NCBI RefSeq assembly: GCF_009914755.1
Contig: NC_060934.1
Length of the DNA: 64,000 nucleotides
DNA from: the human T2T-CHM13v2.0 reference genome, Homo sapiens
Direction: 5' to 3' (one strand)
The position numbers and the translations under genes are program-made. This document shows, one piece after another, positions 1 to 12,879 of this stretch (position 1 is its first letter; each line of letters begins with the position of its first letter). The notes beneath the pieces were generated by a model. The model searched no databases and was not told where the DNA came from. It was given only the letters and a program-made list of their open reading frames with translations.

Positions 1-108
1 TGCAATGGCTCACCACAACCTCCTCCTCCCGGGTTCAAGTGATTCTCCTGCCTCAGCCTCCTCAGTAGATGGGATTACAGGCATGTGCCACCACACCTGG
101 CTAATTTT

Positions 109-144
<36 letters not shown>

Positions 145-260
145 TAGAGACGGGGTTTCTCCATGTTGGTCAGGCTGGTCTCAAACTCCCAACCTCAGGT
201 GATCCACCCACCTTGGCCTCCCAAAGTCTGGGATTACAGGCATGAGCTGCCGTCCCTGGC
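1..260 (-). mobile_element. Alu SINE (AluSp-like), 3' end outside window; middle A-rich linker expanded to a 33-nt run
   Basis: Antisense Alu sequence with CTCCATGTTGGTCAGGCTGG (AluSp-type positions); T run at 110-142. Confidence 0.95.
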
Positions 261-555
261 CGAACAACCTAATTTTCTAAGAAGTGAACAGCTACCAGTA
301 TAGCCGGAAGGTGTACCAGTGGTATTCACACCATGTGTTAGGCAGAGTTGCTTCTATCTTCTGAGTAGTCCAAAGAGATACATCAATTTCATCCAAAGAA
401 ACGTGTTGACCCACAGTTGCTTGTAGGCATAGTTGTCAACGGTCGACACACTTTTAGAGAACTTATTTTGTGAGCATGTCATCCCTTTCCCTAACTTCAG
501 TCTAATCCATGGGTAATTTTGAGTTGATCCAAACTGTCCAGAACTATTTCAGGAG

Positions 556-604
556 TATATTATATATATTACATATATTATATATATATATATTTATATA
601 TATA
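556..604. repeat. Interrupted (TA)n microsatellite
   Basis: tatattatatatattacatatattatatatatatatatttatatatata. Confidence 0.9.
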
Positions 605-631
605 AAGGACCACCTTTAAAAAAGTGTATGC

Positions 632-1300
632 TGGAAATGCTCACACACTGTTGGTGAGCATGTCAATTAGTACAACCTCTATGGAAAACAGGACATAGAT
701 TTCTCAAAGAAGTAAAAGTTCATAACCATCATTTGATCCAAAAATCCCATGACTGGGTATCTACCCAAAGAAAAATAAATCATATAAAAAAGATACCTGC
801 ACCTATATGTCTATCACAGCACTATTCACAATTGCAAAGATATTGAATCAACCCAAGTGTCCATCAACAGATGACTGAATAAAGAAAATGTGATACACAC
901 ACACACAAACACACACACACATACACCATGGAATACTACTCATCCATAAAAAATAAAATCATGTCTTTTGCAGCAACATGGATAGAATTAGAGGTCATTA
1001 TCTTAAGTGAAGTAACTCAAAACTAGAAAGTCAAATACCACATGTTCTCTCTTATAAGCAGGAGCTAAATAATGTGTACACGTGGAAAATGAGAGTGGAA
1101 TAATAGACACTGAAGACTTAGAAAGGCGGAAGGGTGAGATGGAGACAAGAGACGAGAAATTACTTAAGGGGTCCAATGACACTATTTGGGTGGTAGCTAG
1201 GCTAAAAGCACAGACTTCGTTGCAACAAAATATATCCATGTAACAAGATGCATTTGTACCCTCTAAAATCTATAAAAAGAAAAAATAAACTTAAAAAAGA
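632..1300 (+). mobile_element. LINE-1 3' end (L1PB/L1MA-like): ORF2 C-terminus, 3'UTR and A-rich tail
   Basis: CACTGTTGGTG...CAGCACTATTCACAAT...CATGGAATACTACTCA...TATATCCATGTAACAA..TGCATTTGTACCC followed by an A-rich tail; internal (CA)n near 895-920. Confidence 0.9.
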
Positions 1301-1367
1301 AATGTCTTCCTTGAAGGAACTTGCAGAAGACCTCAAATAGAGACTTATTTCTTTATGAACGCTTTTA

Positions 1368-1447
1368 TTAGGTCGATGCAAAAGTTATTGCGGTTTTGGT
1401 CATTACTTTTAATGGCAAAAACTGCAATTTCTTTTGTGGCAACCTAA
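1368..1447. mobile_element. MADE1 (Hsmar1 mariner-derived MITE), full 80 bp
   Basis: TTAGGTCGATGCAAAAGTTATTGCGG...TGCAATTTCTTTTGTGGCAACCTAA palindrome, flanked by TA at 1366-1367 and 1448-1449. Confidence 0.93.
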
Positions 1448-2139
1448 TATTATCTGCAATACTGGGGGTCTCTCTTTGCCCCTTGGACTGGTGCAATTGA
1501 ATCCCATCCTGAAGTAGAGAGCAGCATGACAAGGGATTTGCAAAACTAGGGGACTGACTTTCTGGAGTTCCTGGAGCTTTTAACATGCCCCAAGTTTTGT
1601 TTAAAAAAACTTTAAGATTAACACAGATATATTATAGAATAGCATATAAAATATGCCTGAATTTTGAAAATAAAATATGATACTTCAAAGATGTATCTTG
1701 GTCTCAGAAGGCTGGAGTGCTTTTATATCCGGAAATAAGAGCTCATTCTTCTCTTCCATCAGGAGCAGGAAACATTGAAACTGTTGCTTTGGATAATGCA
1801 ATCCATTAACTCAGTACTGCCACTGTGGGCCTGGATGGATTATCTCTATGAGGCAGTTATGCACCCAGGACTCACTTCTAACTTAAAGTTATTTGCCCAC
1901 GATACACGTTTTGGTCTTTACATTTTTTTGATTCTTTAATTTTTTGCTCCACTTAAAAAAGTAACATTATATGGATTTCTCTACACTATTTTCTGTAATT
2001 GTCTTCCCCATAACTGTCCTCAGATCTATGCCAATGTGTTCCACAACCATCAACAATGTCCTCCAACTACCCACCACCTAAATTAGCTTATTTTTTTCAT
2101 GTTGGAAAGCAATTTCTTTTCTTGGTCATGGAGGCTTGT

Positions 2140-2300
2140 AACATGCTAGGTACTGTGCTATCTGCTTAACGTTCTGTATCTCACCAAATACTCATAACCA
2201 ATTTGTGAAGCAGATACTCACAAATGTATTTCAGAAAACAGAGCTAGTGAGTGGTAGATGAATAATCTGAGCCCAAGTTTTTCCAAACCTGATGCCTGTG
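2140..2300 (-). mobile_element. MIR SINE fragment
   Basis: gctaggtactgtgcta...tatctcaccaaatactcataac...acagagctagtgagtggtaga resembles antisense MIR. Confidence 0.5.
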
Positions 2301-2795
2301 CCTGGTGATGTCAGCTGGGGTTAGGCGAGCAGAAGGGAAGTGTGGTCAAAAGGAAAAAGAATTAGTTTATTTACTGTGGTGAAGATAAAGAAACAAGTCA
2401 AATTGATTGACATCCGATAAATTCAACAAACTAATGTAATGTATCACTTTTAACAAGATGACTGAAGTGCCATGTGAAGTTGACTGATTTTTGCCATGAA
2501 AATAGAACTAAAATGTGCTTGTACACAAAGTGCAAATGTCAAGGGGCAGTTACAATGGGGCTCTTTGGTTCAGTGTGAAATTCCATTCCATTTGAGTTCA
2601 TGGCAACTTCAGAATAAGTGACTTGAGCTAAGTCAACTGGATACTATGTTAGAGAAACCCAAATAATAGGAATATCAGAATATTAAAGCAACAGACAGTT
2701 TAAGGCTTCCATTGCTCAGTAGTAATAATGACAAGGTGACATGTGGACAATGTGGACATTTCCTAACCAATTTTGGAAGACTGTTGCTCTTGGCA

Positions 2796-2803
2796 TTTCT
2801 TCT

Positions 2804-2863
<60 letters not shown>

Positions 2864-3258
2864 TTTCTTCTTCTTCTTCTTCTTCTTCTTCTTTTCTTCT
2901 TCTTCTTCTTTTCTTCTTCTTCTTCTTCTCCTTCTTCTTCTCCTTCTTCTTCTTCTTCTTCTTCTTCTTCTTCTTTTTCTTCTTCTTCTTCTTCTTCTTC
3001 TTCTTCTTCTTCCTCTTCCCCTTCCCCTTCTCCTTCTCCTCCTTCTCCTTCTTCTTCCTCTTCTTCTTCTTCCTCTTCTTCTTTCTCTTCTTCTTCCTCC
3101 TCCTCCTTCTTCTTCTTCGTCTTCTTCTTCTTCCTCTTCTTCTTTCTCTTCTTCTTCTGCCTCCTCCTCCTTCTCCTCCTCCTCCTCCTCTCCTCTTCCT
3201 CCTCCTCCTTATTCTCCTTCTCCTTCTCCTTCCTTCTCTTCTTCTTTTTTTTTTTTTT
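2796..3258. repeat. 463-bp compound polypyrimidine/polypurine tract: (CTTT)n, (CTT)n, (CCT/CTCCTT)n and poly-T (GAA-type on minus strand)
   Basis: Only three purines on the + strand (G3119, G3159, A3211); contiguous with the Alu tail. Confidence 0.98.
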
Positions 3259-3502
<244 letters not shown>

Positions 3503-4064
3503 GACATTTATTCTTTAATATTCTAAGTGTTTTGTATAAATTCATATATTAGGTCTAAATGACAAGATCCTGTAATGATATGTACTAATAGTGTTGGTCC
3601 TAATGTTGTCAAATCTAAACTGAATGTGATATTTCTTAAGGCTTTAATGGGCACTATGCACTGTAAGGGATACTAAAAGCACAAGGCATCATCTCAACTT
3701 CTCTACATTAAGCACATTAGTTAGGGGTACACACAGTGGTGCATGCATATGTCTGTGTGTGTACCCAGAAGAGTATTCCCAGCTTAGGGAAGTTCGAGGG
3801 GGCATTCCCAGAGCTTCCACTAAGTAGAAGAAGCTGCAGTCTGTTTACATCTATAAGATTTTCACAGGTAAGATGTCATAGTAAGAGAATTAGCTATATA
3901 ATCATGTGTTAAATTGTATACTATGGTCACCAAATTAATGGAAAATAATCCACTATCATTGAGAGTTCTATGGAGATGAAAACTGAAGTGGACTTCATAG
4001 GATAGACAAACTTCCAATGTTATTCCAAATAGTAATAATCATAATGGTAATAATAATAAAAGTA

Positions 4065-4200
4065 AAGTAGCTAACTTTTTTTTGATACCTGCAATGTACC
4101 AGGGACTATCCTAAGTACTTTATCTGTACTAACTCATTTACAAAAATCCTCTGATGTACAAGACTGAGTTTTAGTAATTTGTCTACAGTTGCAGAGATAA
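4065..4200 (-). mobile_element. MIR SINE fragment
   Basis: tagctaac...tgtaccagggactatcctaagtactttatc..tactaactcatttac matches the antisense MIR 3' end. Confidence 0.65.
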
Positions 4201-6194
4201 CACCAACCCATCCTGTGAATCATATCTACTCAGATCTGATTCTTTTTTTAACTTGCATGAAAATTCCTTGAACCTGTATAATTGTTTTTTAATCTAAAAA
4301 TAGACCATATATGTAGGTATTTTTCACAGTTAGATAAGGGAACTATACATAAACTCCTTTTGGTTAGCTCAGCCTGGGAAAAGTTTTTTTTTTTTTTAAT
4401 GGTGAAAAACTTTGAGATTGAAAATATTTGATTCATAGGCTACTTTAAATACCCCGTATCAAAATATTTCAGGATTACTTGTAGTGCATTTTAGGAATAA
4501 AAATAATACTACAAATATGACCACTTCTACTCTTTCCACAAGTTCTCTTAACACTGCTAATCTTCCTGTAATTTCTGCACTAGGGAAATACAAATAAATC
4601 CACAGTGAATTTCCTCTGGGGTTTCTGTCTCTCTTCACTTCCCCCATGCAAGGTCAAGAGACTAATTCTGAATCTCGCTCCTTTATCTGACCCCAGTGGT
4701 AAAGTAAACAGTGGAAAAAGTTTTTAAATATATGAAATCCTGTTCCTATAATAGAGGGCGTCTTTAAGAAAAAAAGCAGATTCTTTAACTCTGAAGTTTG
4801 TAATGAAAAAGGACCAGTTTTACAGTAGTATCATCTTGAATAACAGGCAATAAGCCTAACTGAATTACAGTCATTACAGTTTGGAAAAGGAACCCTGAGT
4901 AACGTATTTCACCAAACGCTACGCAATTTACTCTGAGTCTATTTAGACTTGACGTATAGACTTACGTCAATTACTATGAGTCTTTAGCAGCTCACAGCCT
5001 CCCATTGAGGAAAGGGTAATGTTGATTCTGGAAATGGAGGCTTGTTCTGGTTAAGCAACTATTGAATTAGTCTTTGGTGACATATGTTAATGCAAAATAG
5101 CTATCAGTAGACATTTTAATGAATGTGTGGAACAAGGTGTAGTTTACCGCAGAAGTTTCTCTTTATCAGGGATTTTGTCGAGCAGTGGAAACACATTTTA
5201 CTGTATCCTCTTTTATCCTGATAGAAACACACTAAGCAAAATGAGAACAATTAATGAGAACCCTGGGTGTGCAAGAACCTTTCTCTCAGAAATTAGAAAA
5301 CATTTATGAAACCTAGTGAAACAGAATGCTCCAAAGAGAATAAAGTCAAAGAATTTTACAAATTGAAAATGCAAATGTACCAAGGGAAAAAGTTCAAAAA
5401 CATCTCCCCAGCATCATTGAATAGATTACAGTTTATATATTCTGTTAAGAAGAAATAATTGGTTATGAAAATATTCAAACAACTGGTCAATACACAAAGA
5501 TCAAACTATTTGTGGGTTAAATTCTTGAATTAATCAGAGAAATGAAACTGATTTTATTGGCTATAATGATGTTGTTTATATTGGAATATTAAGAGAGCAT
5601 TTTAGTATATGTGATCTCATTTAATATATGTATATAGCCATATAAAAACAGTAATATAAGTTCTACAGTAAAAAACCTGATATATAGAAAGCGCCATTTG
5701 CCCAAGCTCCTGGCTCTTCCTTTGTCAACTTCCATAAACCCACTGGTGGGACCCTGATGGCCCCTTTAGCCATGAGGCCAGGGTTGATTGGAGGTGACTC
5801 TTCTTGTGTCACAGTAATGTGAGATTGTAAAGCAAACAAACAACAACACATGTTTACTCTAAAATTTGGTAGTTTGTTCATCATGGAGGTCTTACTTTAA
5901 TTATTATTTTTAAAATATATTGCATTTACATAGTTCCTAACTGGATTACTGAGTATTTTTGGTAATAAATTGCATGCCCCTAGCAAGTGCCTCGCTTACA
6001 TCCTCTGAACCCTGGCCCTGCCACCTTCCGTCCCAAGTCAGAGATAGTCTGCTTTTGGAAATGTCTGAAATCTTCAGTATCAATCAAATTTTTAAAAATA
6101 AGGAGGAGGGAGAGGAGAAAAGGAGGGAGAGAAGGAGCAGGAGGAGAAGTGGTGGGAATTTTCAAGGGTTGTATTACTATAAAACTCACTGAAA

Positions 6195-6872
6195 CTAATT
6201 TACACTCCCACCAACAGTGTGAAAGCATTCCTATTTCTCCACATCCACTCCAGCATCTGTTGTTTCCTGACTTTCTAATGATTGCCATTCTAACTGGCAT
6301 GAGGTGGTATCTCACTGTGGTTTTCATTTGCATTTCTCAATCCCGTTACTGGGTATATACCCAAAGGATTATAAATCATTCTACAATAAAGTCACATGCA
6401 CCCGTATGTTTATTGAAGCACTGTTCACAATAGCAAAGTCTTGGAACCAACCCAGATGCCCATCAATGATAGACTGGATAAAGAAAATATGGCACATATA
6501 CACCATGGAATACTATGCAGCCATGAAAAAGGATGAGTTCATGTCCTTTGCAGGGACATGGATGTAACGGGAAACCATCATTCTCAACAAAGTAACACAA
6601 GCAGAGAAACCAAACACCATATGTTCTCACTCATAAGTGGGAGTTGAACAATGAGAACACATGGACACAGGGAGGGGAATATCACACACCAGGGCATGTC
6701 AGGAGGTGAGGGGCTGGGGGAGAGATAGCATTAGGAGAAATACCTAATGTAAATGATGAGTTGATGGGTGCAGGAAACCACCATGGCACGTGTATATGTA
6801 TGTAACAAACCTGCACGTTGTGCACATGTACCCCAGTACTTAAAGGAAAACAAGCAAACAAACAAAACCCAA
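6195..6872 (+). mobile_element. L1PA (about PA6-8) 5'-truncated insertion with 5' inversion (6195-6338 antisense, 6338-6872 sense)
   Basis: ORF2 C-terminal peptides on both strands ([17 protein letters not shown] minus; [13 protein letters not shown] plus); TSD AAAACTC(A/G)CTGAAA at 6181-6194 and 6873-6886. Confidence 0.93.
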
Positions 6873-7669
6873 AAAACTCGCTGAAAGCAAGTAGAGCTTT
6901 CATGTAGGGAACTCAGAGATGTAACTGTATCCTCCAAATAGCATTGGCAGGACAGGATTTAAATCAGTGTTTCTAAGGTGTCTTGAATGCAATGCATTTC
7001 TAAAACAAAATTATACTCCAAGGAAAGGTGGCACATGTGCCCTGTAGAATCAGACATAACTAAAAGCCTTGGCGATGCTTTTCGACTGTGACCTGGAAAC
7101 GTCAGTCCCACAGCATAAGCTCTGTACAACTCTTGATGAGGAATCAGAACAAGTAGATGTTACCTACATTCAACTGTGCCTGTACAGATTAGGCCACAGA
7201 GACAACCAAGAATAAAGATTTAAAAGTTATGCTTCTCATAATCAGCAAAAGATTCTTATTAAACTTAAATTGTGCAATGCAAGGTTTTAAGTGTTTTAAC
7301 AAGTAAGTGCTATCCAGTCTCTCCTGGTGACCCCCAAATCAGAGAGACAGGCACCTAGCTGACAAAAATATAACATCTCAATGATTGGCCTAAAAACAAA
7401 CAAACCGACAAAAAGCCTAATGAATGTGGAGTTAAACAAACAAAAATCATGTGTATGACATACACATAGTGACCATTGCAAGTACTGAATTTTTGGGAAA
7501 GAGTTCAGTTTTCAAATTTCATGTCTCATTGCCTCTGTAGTTAACCTCTGTAGACCAATCCAACACACCAATGTATATAAAAAATAACATCGTATTGACA
7601 AGGTCAGCATTACCTACCTGCTGTATTTTAAGGTGTTATAAGAAGGATACTCTTCCTCTCAAAGTAACT

Positions 7670-7780
7670 GTTCCTACATTCCTCATCTCTAAAATGGTCA
7701 ATATGGCAATGCTTTCACGTCAGGGATGCGAGGATTAAACTTATGCCTAACTGTGGTAGGCAGTCACTACACACCAAACA
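7670..7780 (+). mobile_element. MIR fragment
   Basis: ttcctcatctctaaaatgg...gcgaggattaaac (MIR core). Confidence 0.5.
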
Positions 7781-7908
7781 TCTTGTGCCGGCAGTCGAAT
7801 GCTTCCATCTCTAAGAAGATCATAAACGTACTTAGTTTTGGAGAAAAATGAATTGCCAAAAACACTGAGCCTGGATAAAACAACGTTGAAAATTATTATT
7901 ATTTTAAC

Positions 7909-8216
7909 TTTTTATTTATTTATTTTTAGAGATGGGGTCTTGCTCAGTTGCCCACGCTGCAGTGCAGTGGCACAATCTCAGCTCACTGCAGCCTTGAATT
8001 CCCGAGCACAAATGATCCTCCCACCTCTGTCTCCTGAGTAGCTGGGACTGCAGGTGCATGTCGTCATGCCCAGCTCATTTTCTACTTTATTTTGTTATAG
8101 AGATGAGGTCTCACTATTTTGCCCAGGCTGGTCTTGAGCTCCTAGGTTCAAGTGATCTTCCTGCCTCAGCCTCCCAAAGTGCTGGGATTCCAGTCATGAG
8201 CCAGTGGTGCCTGGCT
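7909..8216 (-). mobile_element. AluJ
   Basis: Antisense Alu with J-type CACTGCAGCCTTGAA..TGATCCTCCCACC and GTCTCACTAT..TGCCCAGG. Confidence 0.92.
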
Positions 8217-8799
8217 CAAATAACTTTTGATGAAACTGAAAACAATTCTTGTGTCCTCAAAATCCCGTAAGTTGGAAGTATGAGGAAAAAGCTGATCAGC
8301 CTTCAGAGAGGGCATGTTCTTCAGTGCTCACTTCGTATATGGCCAAGTTGAAATGGACGAGAAGGGAGCTCCCATACAGTGGAGCCTGGGAAACAGCAAG
8401 GAACATAATTGAGGCACTTTTTGAACCCTCAGAGCAGGAGGCCTTACAATGTTCTTCCAGCAGTATCTCAGAATTGCCATGAGCTGTGACTGTGGACCGC
8501 AGCTGCCTTCTATCTTCTGCTTTTCCCCTTTCTAAATGGGAGTGTCCATTGTGGTTTTCCTGGCATCATTTCTTCATGGGCTTTCAAGTGTGAGAGTTTG
8601 GGGAAAGCATGTTTGTTTTAGTTCATACATTTCCAGCTCAAGAAGAGTCATGTCTAGGTTTGATGAAGACACCATTGAGCAATGTCTAGATTTTGAGCTG
8701 GGTTCTGTGAATGGTCAGGATTTGGGGTTATCTCTTTCAGGGAGATGATGGGCATGTTATGCATAGGAAGAAAGGATCAAAGGGTAGTCAAAGGAGCTG

Positions 8800-9000
8800 A
8801 GATAGTAACCAGCCACATGCGGCCCCCATTTCCCACTGCCCTTGTCATCAGAATGAGACATGTGTCTGGGCCTGGCCAATGGAGTGGGAAGGCAAGGAAT
8901 GACTTTGGAGGCAGTTAAGAGCTGCTGTGACTCCTCCATCTCTCCTGTTCTCTGTGTCACTGACCTTGGTAGCTCCAGATCATGGAGCTACCAGTTGCAT
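8800..9000. mobile_element. Old ERVL-type LTR fragment (LTR16/LTR33-like)
   Basis: catttccca..gcccttg...gacatgtg..tgggcctggccaatgg resembles LTR16/33 motifs; heavily diverged. Confidence 0.3.
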
Positions 9001-9099
9001 GCTGCTATATGCATACTAAATAATTCTTCAAAAATCTTTAACAAGAACACACTTTCTTTTTTCAAAAGTAGAGATGAGGTTTAAACGATAAATACTTCA

Positions 9100-9400
9100 A
9101 GCTGGGAGTGGTGGCTCACGCCTGTAATCCCAGCACTTTGGGAGGCCGAGGCGAGTGTATTACCTGAGGTCAGGAGCTCGAGACCAGTCTGACTAAGATG
9201 GTGAAACCCCATCTCTACTATAAACACAAAAATTAGCCAGGCTTGTTGGCAAGAGCCTATAATCCTAACTACTCAGGAGGCTGAGGCAGGAGAATTGCTT
9301 GAACCTGGGAGGCAGAGGTTGCAGTGAGCTGAGATCACACAACTGCACTCCAGTCCAGCCTGGGCGACAGAGCGAGACTCCGTTTCAGAAAAAAAAAAAA
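9100..9400 (+). mobile_element. AluS (Sx/Sq-like), full length
   Basis: Dimeric Alu with poly-A; perfect TSD GATAAATACTTCA at 9087-9099 and 9401-9413. Confidence 0.96.
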
Positions 9401-10879
9401 GATAAATACTTCAGTGAAAGGGACCACATGGGCCTAAATTCAAATTGTTCTAATAGTGACAAAGATAGATTATTTTAGATTTCATGTTTTGTTCTCAGAA
9501 GGGCAGTGGATATTTGAAAATGAGAAGGAAAAATGAATAGAGGAAAAATCAGAGAAGGAAAAAAAAGGAAAATGAACGGGTTGATGGGGCATTAGCACAC
9601 ATTTTGCCTTTTAACTTGGCTTTGGACTGGCCCAGATTTGGGGTTGAGGGACAAAAAGCCATAAATGGACTTTGTATAATGGGAAAGAACATCTGTAGTA
9701 GAAATAAATGTCCTAAATCTAAATAGGGTTATTTTCAAGTAAAATGGTTTCATAAATTGCATACTTTAGTGAAGATCAGAATGTTTGCTTGACTGATCCT
9801 ATCAAACTATATTAAGAACATAGAGGAAGTTTCCAACATTTTATAGGAAAAAAGAAATAAGCATTACTCCAAAATTAAAATAATTTAGATGCATGTAGGA
9901 AAGCAAACAATGATCTCTTTTAGAGAAGAGTGTTTTGGTTTTCACAGGTCTGTAAAAACAGACTTGACAAATGTATAACTTTTGATTCACTTAGGATATG
10001 TGAAGTTATTTTAGCATTGTGCATAATAAAAGTTTTAGTTGTATCAAACTGAATATAGTAAAATGCCAAGATATTTCACCAGGATTAAGCTAATCCTTCT
10101 CTAACAACAGAAAAAAATAGTTGCCAATAAACTCTATTTTTAACAGCCACTTGAGAGAGACAAGATGAGACTTATGAAAATCCCTTTCAAGAAGTTTTCC
10201 AGTACAATAACAGTTTACACCCAACACATACATAAATACATTTCAAAAACTTGGTTTCTGCCAAGTTACAAAGTCTGACTTGTTAGAGTTACATCATGTT
10301 TTTAAAGCATGTTTGAAATGAAGCTTGTCATACATCAGACTTCAGTGAATCTTGAAGGATTGTCCTTTTCTTAAGAAACTCAATGGGCTGCATTCCCTTC
10401 GAGTTTTTTAGAGAATCATTTCAGTATCACAGTTCCACACATGGAATGAAAAGCAACAATGTGTGCTGCATTTTTTAGAATATATTGTTTTTACTCATTC
10501 CAATGTCCTGTGCAATTGAACTCCCTTCCCCCAGCCTTTATAATATTGGAATCGGTATGCAGAAATACAAACCACTATAGAGAAAACACTTTATGAATGT
10601 AAACGCTTCAATATGGACTTTCTGCATTATAGTATCAAGGCTAGGTCACGAACCAGCATGGCCACAGTAACAGAATTCAAACCTGGCTTCCAAGATTTGT
10701 TTACGGAAAAGAAGATTTAAATCAATGGTATGGGTAGAGGACCAGAGATTAGACAACCCTGAAAGAGCTGGCCCAATAGCTAGATTTATTTTGAAAACCA
10801 AGAGACCTATCTAGAAGCAGATTAAAGTTACAATCTATGCATATTTGCTTTGCTAACACTTGTGTAATTTACAAATATG

Positions 10880-10970
10880 GGCTCCGGATCCAGAATGCTC
10901 GGGATCAAATCCCACCCCACCAATCTACAATAGTGTGATCTTGGGGTATGTTTCCAACCCACCATAAGCC
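10880..10970 (+). mobile_element. MIR 5' fragment
   Basis: gggctccggatccagaatgctcgggatcaaatccc...tgtgatcttgggg. Confidence 0.45.
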
Positions 10971-11124
10971 TATTTCTTGAAATTTTTGTAATCTCCTCAA
11001 CATTTCCTTCCTAGAAATGACCACTAACTAATTATATTCTAGGTGTGAATATTCAATTATTGCTTATCGCTCCAATTAAAGTGAAAGCTTAATGATGTTG
11101 GTTCTGTCTGTTGACCTCTCCACC

Positions 11125-11213
11125 ATATTATCACTGTCTTTCCCAGTTCCTGGAATTTTGTTGGCCTTCAGTAGAAGATTGTAAAATAAATGGATGAGTA
11201 AATGAATAAATGA
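11125..11213 (+). mobile_element. L2 3' end fragment
   Basis: atcactgtctttcccagttcctggaa...taaatggatgagtaaatgaataaatga (L2 TGAA-type terminus). Confidence 0.45.
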
Positions 11214-11365
11214 GATTTTTAGGTATACCCTCTTTCCAGTAGGAATATACCTGACATCAACTTGGGCTGCCAAATGTAGTTTTTCTAAAATGCAATATTT
11301 TTGAAATTAAATTATATCTTTTCCTTGCTGAAAATGTCACCCAGTTTGAGTGGGCATTGCTAAGA

Positions 11366-11659
11366 TTTTTTTTTTTAATTATACTTTAAGTTTTAGGGTA
11401 CATGTGCACAACGTGCAGGTTAGTTACATATGCATACATGTGCCATGTTTGTGTGTTGCACCCATTAACTCATCATTTAACATTAGGTATATCTCCTAAT
11501 GCTATCCCTCCCTCCTCCCCACACCCCACAACAGGCCCCGGTGTGTGATGTTTCCCTTCCTGTGTCCATGTGTTCTCATTGTTCAATTCCCACCTATGAG
11601 TGAGAACATGCAGTGTTCGGTTTTTTTGTCCTTGCAATAGTTTGCTGAGAATGATGGTT
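11366..11659 (-). mobile_element. Young L1PA (about PA3-4) 3'UTR fragment
   Basis: Poly-T then ATTATACTTTAAGTTTTAGGGTACATGTGCACAACGTGCAGG...TTTGCTGAGAATGATGGTT, low divergence. Confidence 0.93.
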
Positions 11660-11755
11660 GCTACATTGACCAGGCTCGAATTGAACTCCTGAGCTCAAGT
11701 GATCTTCCCACGTCAGTCTGGAGGGACTGTAGCTGGGACAACAGCTACACCTGGC
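11658..11755 (-). mobile_element. FLAM/Alu monomer remnant missing its 3' end
   Basis: ttgaccaggct..ttgaactcctgagctcaagtgatcttcccac...gtagctggga...cacctggc; TTGCTAAG at 11357-11364 and 11756-11763. Confidence 0.75.
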
Positions 11756-12879
11756 TTGCTAAGGTCTGCTTTTATGATTCCTTTTTTTTTGCTTCAGGAG
11801 TGAGTAACACCTTTCCGTCCACACATTCTTTCTATTGGCATGTTAATATATATCATCCTCTTACTATCCAATCTTGCTGGCTTAGAGTTAATTTTATCTT
11901 TTTAAGGTAATTTTGTAAATTTTTATTGATTCATTAAATTTAAATTTTAAGGTTTGTTTCTCAAATGACATTTCCAATGACTTAAGAGGTAAAAATAGGT
12001 GCTTCACTATATCCCCTATGTGCAAACAGTGCTAGCACATCTATCTTTATTACGGCCCTAGATTTATTTGCAGTGAAAAATACAATCACTGATTATAATT
12101 GAATAACATGCTATTTTACTAGGGCTTTATGGAATGATGAAGAATGATTCTGAATAATTTAAAATTAGGTTTGTTTTACAAAAAGAGATACAATTTCATG
12201 TATCAGGTCATATTTCCTATCAGATATAAGGCAAGTTTTAGAATGCTGTAATTCTGTTTAGTACCATAACTACTAAGACAAAGCTAAATTGAGACTGGTT
12301 GAAGTGTTCCAAAGTTAGCAACAACAACAAAAAAATAGCTTGACAACATTTTACATTTATTCTTCCTCTTGCATCTCCTTTTCAGCATCTATCTTTCACT
12401 TCTTAATTTCAATATCAAATGTCAATCTTAGATTATAAAGTCTATAATGTATGTATATATATACATGTTTCATGATCTCAAAACCTCCTTATACTGGTAG
12501 ATATTTCTTGATGGCCAACTTCTTTACTAGTAAGCTGATTAGGCAAATGAGATGATTAGAACTCCCTGCATTCTGGTTTATCCTCGCAAGATATTTGTAA
12601 GAGATGTGGCCTAAGACTCTTTCATAATGCCTAAATTAGCCATAGTAGTTATCACCCAAAGTTTGTAGTTACTGGGTTTTTAAAACAAATCAGTCTGAAA
12701 TTACAAAATGATTGTCTTATTTTTGAAGATCTTTGAACTTTCTATAGAAACTCTGTGGTGGAAGAATGTATTTCCTTGACAGTAAAAAAAATTAAAAAAA
12801 TATGGAGAGAGTCTTTACTTTGATAGTCTTTAAATGATACTAATAGTGCAATTTTCACTTTATTACTGTCAAGCTGGGA

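Noticed and set aside
8290-8760. Possible MaLR/ERVL internal fragment
   Set aside because: Resemblance too weak to call without an HMM search
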